This document shows, piece after piece, positions 44,469-54,411 of a DNA stretch of 54,411 nucleotides. The stretch is from a virus (Duplodnaviria > Caudoviricetes), in IMG/VR virus record IMGVR_UViG_3300032329_000297, positions 1 through 54,411 of that record; one strand, written 5' to 3'. Each line of letters starts with the position of its first letter. Position 1 is the stretch's first letter. The notes under the pieces are model-generated. The model made no database searches, was not told the origin of the DNA, and was given only the letters and a program-made list of their open reading frames with translations. The translations under genes were made by a program, and so were the position numbers.

Positions 44469-45383
44469 ATGGCAGCCCCAATGCGCAGTACGGACTTCCG
44501 TTCGATTGTTGAGCCAATCCTCAACGAGTGTTTCGACGGAGTCTATGACCAACGTACCGATGAATGGTCGCGGGTTTTCCGCGAGCAGACCGGTATCCCC
44601 CGCAACTACCACGAAGAGCCCGTCCTGTACGGTTTCGGCGCCGCACCTCAACTGCCAGACGGAACTCCGGTTTCGTACCAGCAGGGTGGTGTTCTGTTCC
44701 TCCAGCGCTATGTCTACAACGTGTATGGCCTTGCCTTCGCGTTGACGAAAGTGCTGGTTGAGGACGGCGACCATATCCGTATCGGTAACGTCTACGCTCG
44801 TCACCTTGCTCAGTCGCTGATTGAGACCAAAGAGACGTTGTCGGCAAACGTGCTCAACCGTGCGTTCAACAGTTCGTATGTCGGTGGCGACGGCGTCAGC
44901 CTGATCAACACCGCTCACCCGATCGTGAACGGTTCGTTCAGCAACCAACTGGCCACCGCAGCCAACCTGTCGCAGACCTCGCTTGAGCAGATGCTCATCC
45001 AGATCCGTCAGGCTGTGGACAACAACGGCAAGAAAATTCGTCTGGTTCCACGTCAACTGGTGGTTGCACCGGGCAACGTGTTCCAAGCCGAGGTTCTGCT
45101 GAAGTCTGTTCTGCGCACCGGCACGGCAAACAACGACCTGAACCCCATCAAGTCCATTGGCTTGCTGGACGAGGGCGCCGCTGTTCTGTCGCGTCTGACC
45201 AATGCCAGCGCATGGTGGGTTCAGACTGATGCTCCTGAAGGTATGAAGTTGCTGATGCGTCGCAAACTCGAAAAGACCATGGAAGGTGATTTCGAGACCG
45301 ACTCTATGCGCTACAAGGCCACCGAGCGTTATCAGGTGGGCTGGACCGATCCGCGTGCCCTGTACGGTACGCCGGGCGTCTAA
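44469..45383 (+). CDS. Major capsid protein (Mu gpT-like, HK97 fold)
   Basis: EE..L.GFG.A; L..S...TKE...ANVLN; GGDGVSL..TAHP; EGDFET...RYKA.ERY..GW.DPR. Confidence 0.92.
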   Translation: MAAPMRSTDFRSIVEPILNECFDGVYDQRTDEWSRVFREQTGIPRNYHEEPVLYGFGAAPQLPDGTPVSYQQGGVLFLQRYVYNVYGLAFALTKVLVEDGDHIRIGNVYARHLAQSLIETKETLSANVLNRAFNSSYVGGDGVSLINTAHPIVNGSFSNQLATAANLSQTSLEQMLIQIRQAVDNNGKKIRLVPRQLVVAPGNVFQAEVLLKSVLRTGTANNDLNPIKSIGLLDEGAAVLSRLTNASAWWVQTDAPEGMKLLMRRKLEKTMEGDFETDSMRYKATERYQVGWTDPRALYGTPGV

Positions 45384-45386
45384 GCC

Positions 45387-45419
45387 GGTGGGGGGCTAAT
45401 CACCCCCCGTTTTGTTTTT
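45387..45419 (+). terminator. Terminator after the MCP
   Basis: GGGGGG...CCCCCC stem plus T-run. Confidence 0.7.
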
Positions 45420-45448
45420 GGTTGGTCAAACTTTTCAAGGAGCAGACC

Positions 45449-46432
45449 ATGCCTCAGTTTTCCGATGACCTGTTTTTGGGTCCAGCACAGACTTATATGG
45501 GTACGGGTATTCGTCCGTACACCACGACCGCTACCGGTGGCACCGGTGGTGTTTCTTCATCGACATTGCAAATCACCGCGCTCAATCAAGGCGCTCCGAT
45601 TGCGTTAGGGATGTTTGTTGACGGCACGTCCGTTACAGACGGTACCTACATCACGGCGTTTGGAACGGGCACTGGCAGCACTGGCACCTACACGCTCAAT
45701 CAAGCGATCAATATTGCCAATACGACCGCGCTAACCATGCACGGCAATATTGCGTTTGACGATCCTTCGCCAATGGATTTGGGTATCGGTCCTCTTGGCC
45801 GTATTTATGTCTGGGATGTGATCCCGCAGGCCAAGGTTGCAAACAACCTCGCAACGGCTCAGTCACCTACCAGCGCGTTCACGCTGACCGCTGGTACGTC
45901 GGTTAAGTCGGTAACGCTCAAGGACGGTTCGACCGGTTACGCGCTGGATCTGCCGCGTGCTCTGATCATCACGATCGGAACTGGCACGATTACCAACCGC
46001 AACATTACGATCTCGGGTTTTGACTACTACGGTCAAGCAATGAGCGAAGTGATTGCGACGGGTACGACGCAGTCCACGACTGTGAGCGGCAAAAAGGCGT
46101 TCTACATTGTCACCTCGATTACTACTTCTGGTGCGGTTGGCGGCACGGTGGCGGTTGGAACGACTGACATTCTTGGTCTGCCGGTTCGGGTGTTCAACGT
46201 GGCCTACATTGCCAGCGTCAAGTCCAACAGCACGTTGGCTCAGGATGCCGGTACGTTTGTCGCGGCAGACACTGCAACGGCTACAACGACCACTGGCGAC
46301 GTTCGCGGCACTTATGTTCCTGCAACGGCTTCGGACGGTATCGTTCGCACCGTGATGGGAATCTTGTTGCCCGGTATTGCAGTCGGTCCCAATGCAACCC
46401 GAGTTGGCGCCCTCGGCGTCACGCAAGCCTAA
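45449..46432 (+). CDS. Virion structural/decoration protein
   Basis: ATG 45449 after AAGGAG; PR.L...G.DYYGQ.M.E...GKKAF motif. Confidence 0.7.
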   Translation: MPQFSDDLFLGPAQTYMGTGIRPYTTTATGGTGGVSSSTLQITALNQGAPIALGMFVDGTSVTDGTYITAFGTGTGSTGTYTLNQAINIANTTALTMHGNIAFDDPSPMDLGIGPLGRIYVWDVIPQAKVANNLATAQSPTSAFTLTAGTSVKSVTLKDGSTGYALDLPRALIITIGTGTITNRNITISGFDYYGQAMSEVIATGTTQSTTVSGKKAFYIVTSITTSGAVGGTVAVGTTDILGLPVRVFNVAYIASVKSNSTLAQDAGTFVAADTATATTTTGDVRGTYVPATASDGIVRTVMGILLPGIAVGPNATRVGALGVTQA

Positions 46433-46443
46433 AGGAGGCTGAA

Positions 46444-47466
46444 ATGGGTGAATTTCGTCCAATGGTCAAGATGGAGACCACAGAGCCCTCCATCGAACTA
46501 AAGTTGAAGAAAGGCGGCAAGGTTGCCAAGAAAATGGCGGACGGCGGTATGCCGATGGGTGCAACGGTTGGCATTCCGCGTGGTGGCATGACTGGCGGTA
46601 CGCCTCCATCGATGCCAGCGCTCGCCGCACGTCGCCGGGCTATGAAGGCTATGGGTGCTGCTCAGTCGGCTCCTGTAGGCCGCGCAGCATCGATGATGGG
46701 TATGAAGGAAGGCGGCAAGTCTGATATGGCGCAAGACAAGGCCATGATCAAGAAAGCCTTCAAGCAGCACGACGCTCAGGAGCACAAGGGCGGCAAGGGC
46801 ACGAGCCTGAAACTGAAGAAGGGTGGAAAGTACGCTACCGGCGGCGCAATCCCCTCTGAATCAATTTCTGGCTCGCCTGCGACGACCATTGTTGATACTG
46901 CCAAGGCTGACAACGCCCCTGCTAACACGGGTGGTGTGCGTAACGGTAACGCTGGCGGCTTCAAGAAGGGCGGCATGATGAAGTGCGCCACGGGCGGAGC
47001 AATTCCGTCTGAGACGACTTCCGGGTCTTACGACAAGACCGAGATGCACTCCTCAAAGCCTGACAACGCGCCTGCCAAGGACGGCAGCGTGAAAAAAGGT
47101 AATGCTGGTGGGTACGCTACGGGCGGCGTCATGAAAGCCAACAACGGTGGATACCGTAAGGGCGGTGCTGCAAAAAAGTTTGCTGAGGGCGGCCGCGTTC
47201 AAAACGACGGCGGTCCGGAGCAGATGCCACAGGGACGCAAGCCTGCATCTCCTGCGGTAGCAATTTCGATGCTCTCTGGCACCTACAAAAAGGGTGGCAG
47301 AGTAGCGCCGAACAACAAAGCACTGCAAGCAGACTACGATGCTGACAATGCGCCTGCTGTGAAAGAAGCAAAGGTGGATACGCGGTTGAAGTACGGTCCT
47401 GATACCTATCAGGGCCAAACGATTCCTGCCATGCCAGTGATGAAAAAACGCGGCGGACGTTGTTAA
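46444..47466 (+). CDS. Basic low-complexity protein with about 12 double-glycine motifs
   Basis: LKKGG, MADGG, MKEGG, YATGG, FKKGG, CATGG, YRKGG, FAEGG, YKKGG, KKRGG. Confidence 0.8.
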   Translation: MGEFRPMVKMETTEPSIELKLKKGGKVAKKMADGGMPMGATVGIPRGGMTGGTPPSMPALAARRRAMKAMGAAQSAPVGRAASMMGMKEGGKSDMAQDKAMIKKAFKQHDAQEHKGGKGTSLKLKKGGKYATGGAIPSESISGSPATTIVDTAKADNAPANTGGVRNGNAGGFKKGGMMKCATGGAIPSETTSGSYDKTEMHSSKPDNAPAKDGSVKKGNAGGYATGGVMKANNGGYRKGGAAKKFAEGGRVQNDGGPEQMPQGRKPASPAVAISMLSGTYKKGGRVAPNNKALQADYDADNAPAVKEAKVDTRLKYGPDTYQGQTIPAMPVMKKRGGRC

Positions 47467-47469
47467 AAT

Positions 47470-47494
47470 GGACGGGGGCTTCGGCCCCTGTCTT
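47470..47494 (+). terminator. UUCG hairpin (terminator or processing site)
   Basis: GACGGGGG-CTTCGG-CCCCTGTC. Confidence 0.55.
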
Positions 47495-47508
47495 CATTGG
47501 AGGTTAGG

Positions 47509-48309
47509 ATGAGTAATGGAATTGTTGCTTCAGTTACCCGTGCTGGAGCATATGAGCCGTTTGAATTACAAGTGTCTCGTGGCCAAATCATGGGCCACAG
47601 CACAACAAATATTTTTGCATACGGAACTACTCCTGCCACAGCAGGAACGTTTAGAACCGTGTGGGAAAATATGGGGTCAACAGACTATGTGTTCCCCACA
47701 TCTGCATCTACAATGAATTTGGTTAGTACGGTTGCAGGAGATACCGCAACCATCACTATCACTGGACTGGATGCCAGTTACAACTTAATTTCTGAAAGTT
47801 TGGTTTTGAACGGAACAACCAATGTTCCAACAACCAAATCATATTTTCGCATTAACAACATATCAGTGTCGGTTGGTTCGGCAACCAACCCGACTGGCGT
47901 AATCACATTGTCGGTTAGTTCAACTGTTTACGCACAAATCAACACACAAGTTGTCAACGGGGTAACCAGTAGTATTGGCACATCACAAATGGCCGTGTAT
48001 ACGGTGCCAAATGGCTATACTTTTTACGGTTACAGGTATGGTGCGTATTCATCCTTTAACGGTAACACGGCTAACTACACAACATACAGAGCGTTGAGCA
48101 ATACTTCTTCTGGCGTGCAAAAAGTTATTGTTCAGACTCCGTATAACACAACATACGAAGTACAAAGACACTTCCCATTCGCATACCCTTCTGGGACAGA
48201 TTTAAGATTTCAAGTTGCAAGCAGCGCCGCAACAGCCGCAGTAGTAAGCATTAACATTGGCGGTGTTTTGATAGAAAACAACAACAATGTTGTTGGTTCT
48301 GGTACTTAA
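47509..48309 (+). CDS. Putative virion protein (AT-richer gene)
   Basis: ATG 47509 after GGAGG; GLD..Y....E...LNG...F.RIN...YTVP.G motifs. Confidence 0.65.
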   Translation: MSNGIVASVTRAGAYEPFELQVSRGQIMGHSTTNIFAYGTTPATAGTFRTVWENMGSTDYVFPTSASTMNLVSTVAGDTATITITGLDASYNLISESLVLNGTTNVPTTKSYFRINNISVSVGSATNPTGVITLSVSSTVYAQINTQVVNGVTSSIGTSQMAVYTVPNGYTFYGYRYGAYSSFNGNTANYTTYRALSNTSSGVQKVIVQTPYNTTYEVQRHFPFAYPSGTDLRFQVASSAATAAVVSINIGGVLIENNNNVVGSGT

Positions 48310-48311
48310 TC

Positions 48312-48827
48312 ATGCCAAGCAAGTCACCAGCCCAGCACCGCCTGATGGAGGCGGTTGCCCACAATCCAAAATTTGCCAAGAAAGTTGGCATTCCTACGTC
48401 GGTTGGGAAGGACTTTGCAGCGGCTGACAAAGGCATGAAGGGCGGCGGCTTGTATGCCAATATCAATGCCAAACGTGAGCGGATAGCCGAAGGCAGTAAC
48501 GAGAAGATGCGCAAACCCGGATCACCGGGCGCACCGACTGCATCAGCGTTCAAGGAATCAGCTAAGACTGCAAAGATGAAAGATGGCGGCCCAAGTCTTG
48601 CAATTGGCCGGGGTGAGAAATTGCCTGCGGATCAAGGCGCAGGGCTTACGGCAAAGGGCAGAGCAAAGTACAATAGCGAGACTGGGTCTCATCTCAAGGC
48701 ACCGCAACCCCAAGGTGGGGCACGGCGTGATTCGTTCTGTGCCCGTATGGGTCCGGTGGCGGAAAAGAGCGAGACGGGAAGCAGGTCTCGGGCCTCAATG
48801 AAGCGTTGGAACTGTCCGGGGTGGTAA
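48312..48827 (+). CDS. Basic three-module fusion protein (C-terminal module DUF6321-like)
   Basis: MPS.S..Q..LM.A.AH / GLYANI.AKR.RI / GLT.KGRA.YN...R.SFCARM modules joined by MKGGG and MKDGG. Confidence 0.75.
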   Translation: MPSKSPAQHRLMEAVAHNPKFAKKVGIPTSVGKDFAAADKGMKGGGLYANINAKRERIAEGSNEKMRKPGSPGAPTASAFKESAKTAKMKDGGPSLAIGRGEKLPADQGAGLTAKGRAKYNSETGSHLKAPQPQGGARRDSFCARMGPVAEKSETGSRSRASMKRWNCPGW

Positions 48828-49886
48828 GTGGCTTATTCAGGCACAGTTGGCACGACGGTAATCAATGTTCAGCAGTTAATCGACCACGGCGCACGTCGGG
48901 CCGGTAAACTTGCTGAAGAACTCACGTCAGAGCAGGTAACGTCTGCCCGTGAATCACTGTTCTTTCTTTTGTCCAACCTAATCAACATTGGGATTCAATA
49001 TTGGGCGATCAGCAAGAAAGTGTACGGCATGAAGGCCGACCAATACATCTACGACCTTCCTGTTGGCGGAAACGACGTGCTCCAAGCGCTGTACCGCAAG
49101 ATGGCAAGGCCAACTGGCTCGTACTCTTCAAGCGCTGGTGGCGTAACCGAAAACGCTTTTGACGGCAACATCAATACGATTTGCACTCAGACCACCGCTG
49201 GCGGGAACATATCGGTCAACTATGGATCAACGAATCCAATCTATATTGGGTCTATCGGCGTCCTGCCGGGCGTTTCTGGCACGTTCAATGTGGTATTTGA
49301 GTGCTCCTCTGACGGCAGTACATGGACCACGATCGCCGCTCCCGGATCAACTGTCTGGGTTGACAACGAATGGCTCTGGTACGACATCGATCCGGGCTAC
49401 ACGGTCCCGTACTATCGGATCCGGGCAATCAGCGGCACGTTGAGCCTGCGGGAGTTGTTCTTCGGTAATAACTCGACCGAAATCACGATGGCCCGGCTTA
49501 ACCGGGATGACTACACCAACCTGCCAAACAAGAACTTTACGGCCAACCAACCGTTCCAGTTTTGGTTCAATCGGACCATCCCGCAGTCCAAGATGTACCT
49601 GTGGCCGGTTCCAAGCGATCCGTTTGTGCAAATGACGGTTTGGTACTCGCGGCAGATTGACGATGTTGGCGCCCTGACGGACGAGTTGGAAGTGCCGCAG
49701 CGCTGGTACGAAGCCACGATCATGATGCTGGCTCACCGCATGAGCCTAGAGTTGCCGGGTGTGTCATTGGAGCGTGTTCAGTACCTTGAAGGGCAGGCTG
49801 AGAAATACTTGGCATTGGCCGAGTCGGAAGAGCGCGACAAGTCGCCAATTTACTTTGCCCCGAACATCAGCGTGTACACCCGGTAA
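48828..49886 (+). CDS. Head-tail connector with inserted discoidin-like domain
   Basis: SAR.SL...L.N.G...W N-terminus; R.DY..LPNK...P...LWP.P C-terminus; AFDGN..T...W..YYR insertion. Confidence 0.7.
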   Translation: MAYSGTVGTTVINVQQLIDHGARRAGKLAEELTSEQVTSARESLFFLLSNLINIGIQYWAISKKVYGMKADQYIYDLPVGGNDVLQALYRKMARPTGSYSSSAGGVTENAFDGNINTICTQTTAGGNISVNYGSTNPIYIGSIGVLPGVSGTFNVVFECSSDGSTWTTIAAPGSTVWVDNEWLWYDIDPGYTVPYYRIRAISGTLSLRELFFGNNSTEITMARLNRDDYTNLPNKNFTANQPFQFWFNRTIPQSKMYLWPVPSDPFVQMTVWYSRQIDDVGALTDELEVPQRWYEATIMMLAHRMSLELPGVSLERVQYLEGQAEKYLALAESEERDKSPIYFAPNISVYTR

Positions 49887-50239
49887 TGCCACGCTTCCTT
49901 GACACTCGTGGTTACTCTGACATTGCAATTGCGGTATGCGACCGCTGCAAGATGAAGTACCCACATTCGGTGTTGCGGCCGGATCCAAACTTTCCGGGCC
50001 TGCAGGTTTGCGATACCGGGTGCGCTGATCAATTTGACCCGTATCGGTTACCCGCAAGAAAGACTGAGCGGATTACAATCAGGTTCCCGCGTCCTGACGT
50101 GAGCGTGGCCGCAAACGATGATTACCTGTTGACCGAGGGCAGCAATCAATTTCAGATCTCGACGGAAGGCAATACGCAGACGCCAACCCTCACCGGGAAT
50201 GAAGACACAATTGCGCCCAGCCCACCGAGCCAAGAGTAA
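49886..50239 (+). CDS. Conserved Cys-motif neck-region protein
   Basis: CDRC...GL.VC..C.D..DP...PRPD. Confidence 0.65.
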   Translation: MPRFLDTRGYSDIAIAVCDRCKMKYPHSVLRPDPNFPGLQVCDTGCADQFDPYRLPARKTERITIRFPRPDVSVAANDDYLLTEGSNQFQISTEGNTQTPTLTGNEDTIAPSPPSQE

Positions 50240-51999
50240 TGTCAGCACAAGTTACGATCACCCAACTGCCAGCCGCCGGGACCATTACTGGAACCGAGTT
50301 GGTTCCGATCGTGCAGAATGGTCAGACAGTACGGACAACTACCGGCGCGATATCGTCGGCTGGCACGCTTACTCAATCTTTTCTGACGGTTACGACAGAG
50401 CCAAGCCTTGTCAATTCACGGGCGTTAGCAAGTGGCACCGGGGTCCAATTAGTAAACACCGGTTCAACCCTTCAGATCAACCTTAACGGGGCTTCTGGAA
50501 GCCTTGAAGGGGCTGGCACAGGGGTTGTTGTCAAGAACTCAGGAACGACGGTTGTAGCGCGAAGCATAGCGGTTTCTGGCAACGGAATCTCAATTGCAAA
50601 TGGCAGTGGAGTTTCTGGCAACCCAACGGTTTCTCTGACGGGTAATGTGCTGGCGTTGGCCGGGGTCAGTGCTAACGGGTTGCTGACAATAACCACCGCC
50701 GGTGCAGTTGGTGCCACTTCAATTGCTGGGACAACCAACCAGACGACGGTTACCAACGGTGATGCGGTTTCCGGTGCTCCTACGGTTGGATTGGCGGACA
50801 ACGTAGTTTTGCCGGGAACCGCAAGTGCAACCCTGCCGATCGGAACAACCGCAAACCGTCCGGTCTCGCCGGTCAACGGAATGGTGCGGTACAACTCCAC
50901 AACCACAGGATTTGAGGGGTACTCCGGAGGCGCATGGGGTGCAATCGGTGGCGGCGGGACGGTAAGTAGCATCACCGCCGGGACTGGATTGTCTGGCGGC
51001 ACGATCACAACCTCGGGCACGATTGCAATCAATGCGACTGGGGTAACGGCCGGGACCTACACTTACCCGACCCTTGCGATCAATTCGCAGGGACAAGTTA
51101 CGTCAGCGGCCAACGGAACGGCGCCTATCACGTCAGTTTCCGGAACTGCAGGTGCCATTACTGCAACCGGGTCTCCGGCGGTAACGCTGAACCTTGCAAC
51201 CGCCTTGGCGTTTTCCGGGAAGACTATTTCTGATGGTGCGTACACGGGCGCAACCATCGACAACAGCCCGATTGGTAGCACGACTCCATCAACGGGCGCG
51301 TTCACGACAATTGCAGCCACAAGCGGGACGGTACTGAATCCGCCGACTGCTGCAACCAGCATCACCAACAAAAGTTACGTTGACTCTGTTGCGGTTGGAC
51401 TGAAGTACCACGCGGCCTGTCAGTTGGCCACGACTGCTGCTCTTCCATCTTGCACTTACAGCAACGGATCGGCAGGAGTTGGGGCAACGCTAACGGCAAC
51501 GGCCAATGCTGCTCTGACGGTGGATTCTGTTGCGGTAACGGTTGGCCAGCGGATCCTTGTTAAGAATCAAGTCGCTGGATTGCAGAACGGTGTGTATGAC
51601 GTTACCCAGACTGGTTCTGGTGCTGCGCCATTCATTCTGACACGGTCGACTGACTACAATACCGGCGGCACTGCGTACAATCAGGTCAACACCGGTGATT
51701 ATTTGTTTGTTCAGTTGGGCACAACCAACGCAAACAGTTCATGGGTTCAGACAACGCTGCAGCCAATCACGATTGGCACAACCGCTCTGGTCTTTACTCA
51801 GTTCTCAGCCGGCGCCACGACTTACACGGCCGGCACCGGACTGACACTTTCGGTCAATCAATTCAGCATTACCAACACCGGAGTTACTTCCGGAACGTAT
51901 GGTTCTGGGGCTATAATTCCGGTGTTTGCGGTAAATGCGCAAGGCCAGTTGACTAGCGTAACCAATACGGCAATCGTAGTTTCTGGGGGTACGTTCTAA
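50239..51999 (+). CDS. Tail fibre protein
   Basis: I.QLP.A N-terminus; RILVKNQ...NG.Y...LTR..D and GTT...F.QF domain; ends SGGTF. Confidence 0.8.
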   Translation: MSAQVTITQLPAAGTITGTELVPIVQNGQTVRTTTGAISSAGTLTQSFLTVTTEPSLVNSRALASGTGVQLVNTGSTLQINLNGASGSLEGAGTGVVVKNSGTTVVARSIAVSGNGISIANGSGVSGNPTVSLTGNVLALAGVSANGLLTITTAGAVGATSIAGTTNQTTVTNGDAVSGAPTVGLADNVVLPGTASATLPIGTTANRPVSPVNGMVRYNSTTTGFEGYSGGAWGAIGGGGTVSSITAGTGLSGGTITTSGTIAINATGVTAGTYTYPTLAINSQGQVTSAANGTAPITSVSGTAGAITATGSPAVTLNLATALAFSGKTISDGAYTGATIDNSPIGSTTPSTGAFTTIAATSGTVLNPPTAATSITNKSYVDSVAVGLKYHAACQLATTAALPSCTYSNGSAGVGATLTATANAALTVDSVAVTVGQRILVKNQVAGLQNGVYDVTQTGSGAAPFILTRSTDYNTGGTAYNQVNTGDYLFVQLGTTNANSSWVQTTLQPITIGTTALVFTQFSAGATTYTAGTGLTLSVNQFSITNTGVTSGTYGSGAIIPVFAVNAQGQLTSVTNTAIVVSGGTF

Positions 52000-53699
52000 T
52001 GGCTCAAACGGGCTACACGCCAATTTCCCTGTACTACAGCAGTACAGCAAGCGCTACGCCGTCTACCGGAAATTTGACCAACGGTGAGTTGGCCATCAAC
52101 ATTACTGATGGCAAGCTGTTCTACAAAGACAACTCTGGTGTTGTTCAGGTCATTGGCACCAAGGGCGGCGTTGGATCGTCCTCAACAACTCAAGTTCTAT
52201 ATAACAGTTCTGGCGCTGTTGTCGGATCCGCCAATCTTACGTTTGATGGCACCAAACTAACAGTCGGTGGCCTGAACAACTCGGCCCTGACGGCGTCGCA
52301 GGCGGTTTTTACTGATGGTTCCAAGAACCTCGTAAGCAACGCCATTACCGGTACGGGCAACGTGGTGATGTCCACCAGCCCAACGCTAGTTACTCCCGTT
52401 TTGGGAACTCCCACAAGCGTCACGCTGACCAATGCAACGGGATTGCCGATCTCTACCGGCCTCTCTGGGCTTGGGACTGGGGTTGCGACCGCGCTTGGAA
52501 TTAACGTCGGAACCGCGGGGGCATTTGTAGTTAACGGCGGTGCGTTGGGTACTCCAAGTTCTGGCACCTTGACGAATGCCACCGGATTGCCACTGACCAC
52601 CGGCGTTACGGGTCAATTGCCGATTGCTAATGGCGGTACTGGCCAAGCAACTGCATCTGCTGCATTTAATGCGCTGTCCCCGATTACGACGACGGGCGAC
52701 CTGATCATTGGTAACGGCACCAACAGCGCTACACGGCTTGCAATTGGTACGAATGGATATGTATTAACGTCTAACGGTACTACTGCCTCTTGGGCGGCTT
52801 CTACGGGCGGTGTAACGTCATTTACGACCAGCCTGTCTGGGTTGACACCGAACACTGCTACCACCGGCGCTATCACTCTGGCTGGAACCCTTGGGGCTAC
52901 GAGCGGCGGTACAAGCCAATCGACGTACACAACCGGCGATATTTTGTATGCGTCGGCTTCAAATACGCTATCCAAACTTGCGATTGGAACGAGCGGTCAG
53001 GTTCTGACAATTTCCGGCGGTGTCCCGGCGTGGGGTGCAGCGGCGGCGGCAGGCGTCACAACAATCTCGTTTGGATCAACCGGACTGACACCAAGCACTG
53101 CAACATCCGGCGCGGTGACGGTGGCTGGAACGCTCGCGGTGGCCAACGGCGGAACTGGAGTAACGAGCAGCACGGGTTCTGGCAACAATGTGTTGTCAAC
53201 CAGTCCAACTCTGGTTACTCCCATTTTGGGAACACCGACTAGCATCACGTTAACGAACGCAACCGGCTTGCCAGTTTCAACTGGTATTTCTGGTTTGGGA
53301 ACCGGCGTTGCAAGTGCGCTCGCGGTCAACGTCGGAACTGCCGGATCTCCGTTGGTCAACGGCGGGGTATTAGGTACGCCATCAAGCGGTACGCTGACGA
53401 ATGCAACTGGCTTGCCGCTGACTACGGGCGTTACCGGAAACCTGCCGGTTACAAACCTCAACAGCGGAACCTCTGCATCAAGCACGACGTTTTGGAGGGG
53501 CGACGGCACTTGGGCGACTCCCGCTGGTGGATCTTCTAGCCCGTTGGTTGAATCCCAAACTTTGATAACATCAAGTTATTCTTTGGCCGCAAACAAAAAC
53601 GCAATGAGCTTTGGTACGACTACAATTGCTCCCGGCGTTTCGGTTACGATTGCACCACTTGACAAGTGGGTGATCACTACATATTTCGGCGTTTTCTAA
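51999..53699 (+). CDS. Tail fibre protein with internal duplication
   Basis: GELAIN..DGKLF N-terminal adaptor domain; repeated LP..NGGTG and TLTNATGLP motifs. Confidence 0.8.
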   Translation: MAQTGYTPISLYYSSTASATPSTGNLTNGELAINITDGKLFYKDNSGVVQVIGTKGGVGSSSTTQVLYNSSGAVVGSANLTFDGTKLTVGGLNNSALTASQAVFTDGSKNLVSNAITGTGNVVMSTSPTLVTPVLGTPTSVTLTNATGLPISTGLSGLGTGVATALGINVGTAGAFVVNGGALGTPSSGTLTNATGLPLTTGVTGQLPIANGGTGQATASAAFNALSPITTTGDLIIGNGTNSATRLAIGTNGYVLTSNGTTASWAASTGGVTSFTTSLSGLTPNTATTGAITLAGTLGATSGGTSQSTYTTGDILYASASNTLSKLAIGTSGQVLTISGGVPAWGAAAAAGVTTISFGSTGLTPSTATSGAVTVAGTLAVANGGTGVTSSTGSGNNVLSTSPTLVTPILGTPTSITLTNATGLPVSTGISGLGTGVASALAVNVGTAGSPLVNGGVLGTPSSGTLTNATGLPLTTGVTGNLPVTNLNSGTSASSTTFWRGDGTWATPAGGSSSPLVESQTLITSSYSLAANKNAMSFGTTTIAPGVSVTIAPLDKWVITTYFGVF

Positions 53700-53708
53700 G
53701 GAAAATTC

Positions 53709-54411
53709 ATGGCCTCAACTATTAACGCAACGACCAATGGAATAGTCAATATTGGGGATTCGGTTGCGACCCTTGCCTTGCAAACGGGTGGTACGACCGC
53801 GGTTGCAATTGATACGGCTCAGATCGTTACTCTTTCCAAGAGTCTGGCGTTGTTGGGTTCTACTTCTGGGTCCGTTTCGATTGCTGCACCGGCAGTAGCA
53901 GGCACTCAGTCTTATACACTCCCCACGGCGGTTCCTGCGGTCAACGGCTACGCTTTAACCAGTACGACCGCTGGTGTGATGAGTTGGGCTAGTGCAGGCT
54001 CAAGTCAATGGACAACCAGCGGTTCTAATATTTACTACACGACCGGAAGTGTAGGGATTGGAACAACTTCTCCGGCGGTGACTTTTGAAGTTGACGCTAC
54101 ATCTGGCGAGGCTTTGAGGGTTGCGGCTACCGGCGCAAACCAAAGCATTTATTCAAGATATATTGCTGGATCTCCAAACGTTGGCAACCTTTATGTTGGC
54201 GTGGATAGTGCCGCTGGCGCTGTAAGCGGGGTCTCTGCCGCTGGGTTAATGTGGCAGAACGGAAATTCTTCGCTGGCGTTTGGAACAAATAACGCATTGG
54301 CGATGACATTGACGGCAAACGGGACGATGATTCTTAAAGGAGGGTCATCGTCTGCGACCGGCGTTGGAGTTACTTTCCCCGCAACACAATCGTCATCGTC
54401 TGACGTCAATA
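53709..54411 (+). CDS. Tail fibre/receptor-binding protein, 5' part; continues across the junction to stop at 502 (about 367 aa)
   Basis: ATG 53709 after AAGGAAAA (MASTINATTNG...). 54327 (= position 17) is in frame. Contains the GSVGIGTTSP fibre motif. Missed by the ORF track. Confidence 0.85.
   Translation, partial: MASTINATTNGIVNIGDSVATLALQTGGTTAVAIDTAQIVTLSKSLALLGSTSGSVSIAAPAVAGTQSYTLPTAVPAVNGYALTSTTAGVMSWASAGSSQWTTSGSNIYYTTGSVGIGTTSPAVTFEVDATSGEALRVAATGANQSIYSRYIAGSPNVGNLYVGVDSAAGAVSGVSAAGLMWQNGNSSLAFGTNNALAMTLTANGTMILKGGSSSATGVGVTFPATQSSSSDVN
54311..54411. repeat. Terminal direct repeat copy (circular overlap)
   Basis: Identical to 1-101. Confidence 0.97.

Noticed and set aside
52371-53437. 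Diversity-generating retroelement TR/VR pair
   Set aside because: Differences are mainly synonymous and not adenine-specific, and no reverse transcriptase is present

Overview
This window is a complete, circularly assembled genome of an uncultured tailed dsDNA phage. Bases 1-101 repeat exactly at 54311-54411, giving a unit length of about 54,310 bp. The morphology is probably podovirus-like: portal, GroES, scaffold and a Mu-gpT-like capsid, then adaptors, a nozzle and four large ejection proteins, with no tail tube or tape measure. A Bv3F-type H-NS and the small-gene content suggest a betaproteobacterial host (inference). Modules: fibres and lysis (50.2k-4.7k, across the junction); tail and ejection proteins (4.7-18.2k); a leftward recombination operon (18.2-21.05k); Cro, initiator, primase fragment, DnaB, RusA and nin-like genes (21.1-26.3k); a repeat-punctuated array of early genes including H-NS (26.3-29.1k); terminases (29.2-31.6k); an RNA-rich interval (33.1-34.2k); two polyvalent-type proteins; and head genes. 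I saw no integrase, no CI opposite Cro, no DNA polymerase, no tRNA and no CRISPR array. The most notable signals are: (1) a double-glycine motif ([FYMK]-[AK]-x-G-G) that separates modules in at least six late proteins, suggesting a processing or head-loading system; (2) a complete C4/CI-like antisense RNA with its upstream target hairpin; (3) a second structured RNA with a pseudoknot; (4) a copy of the replication iterons in front of the terminase operon; (5) early gene cassettes built from shared promoter/terminator and start-associated repeats. All product calls come from recognising motifs by eye; no database searches were run.
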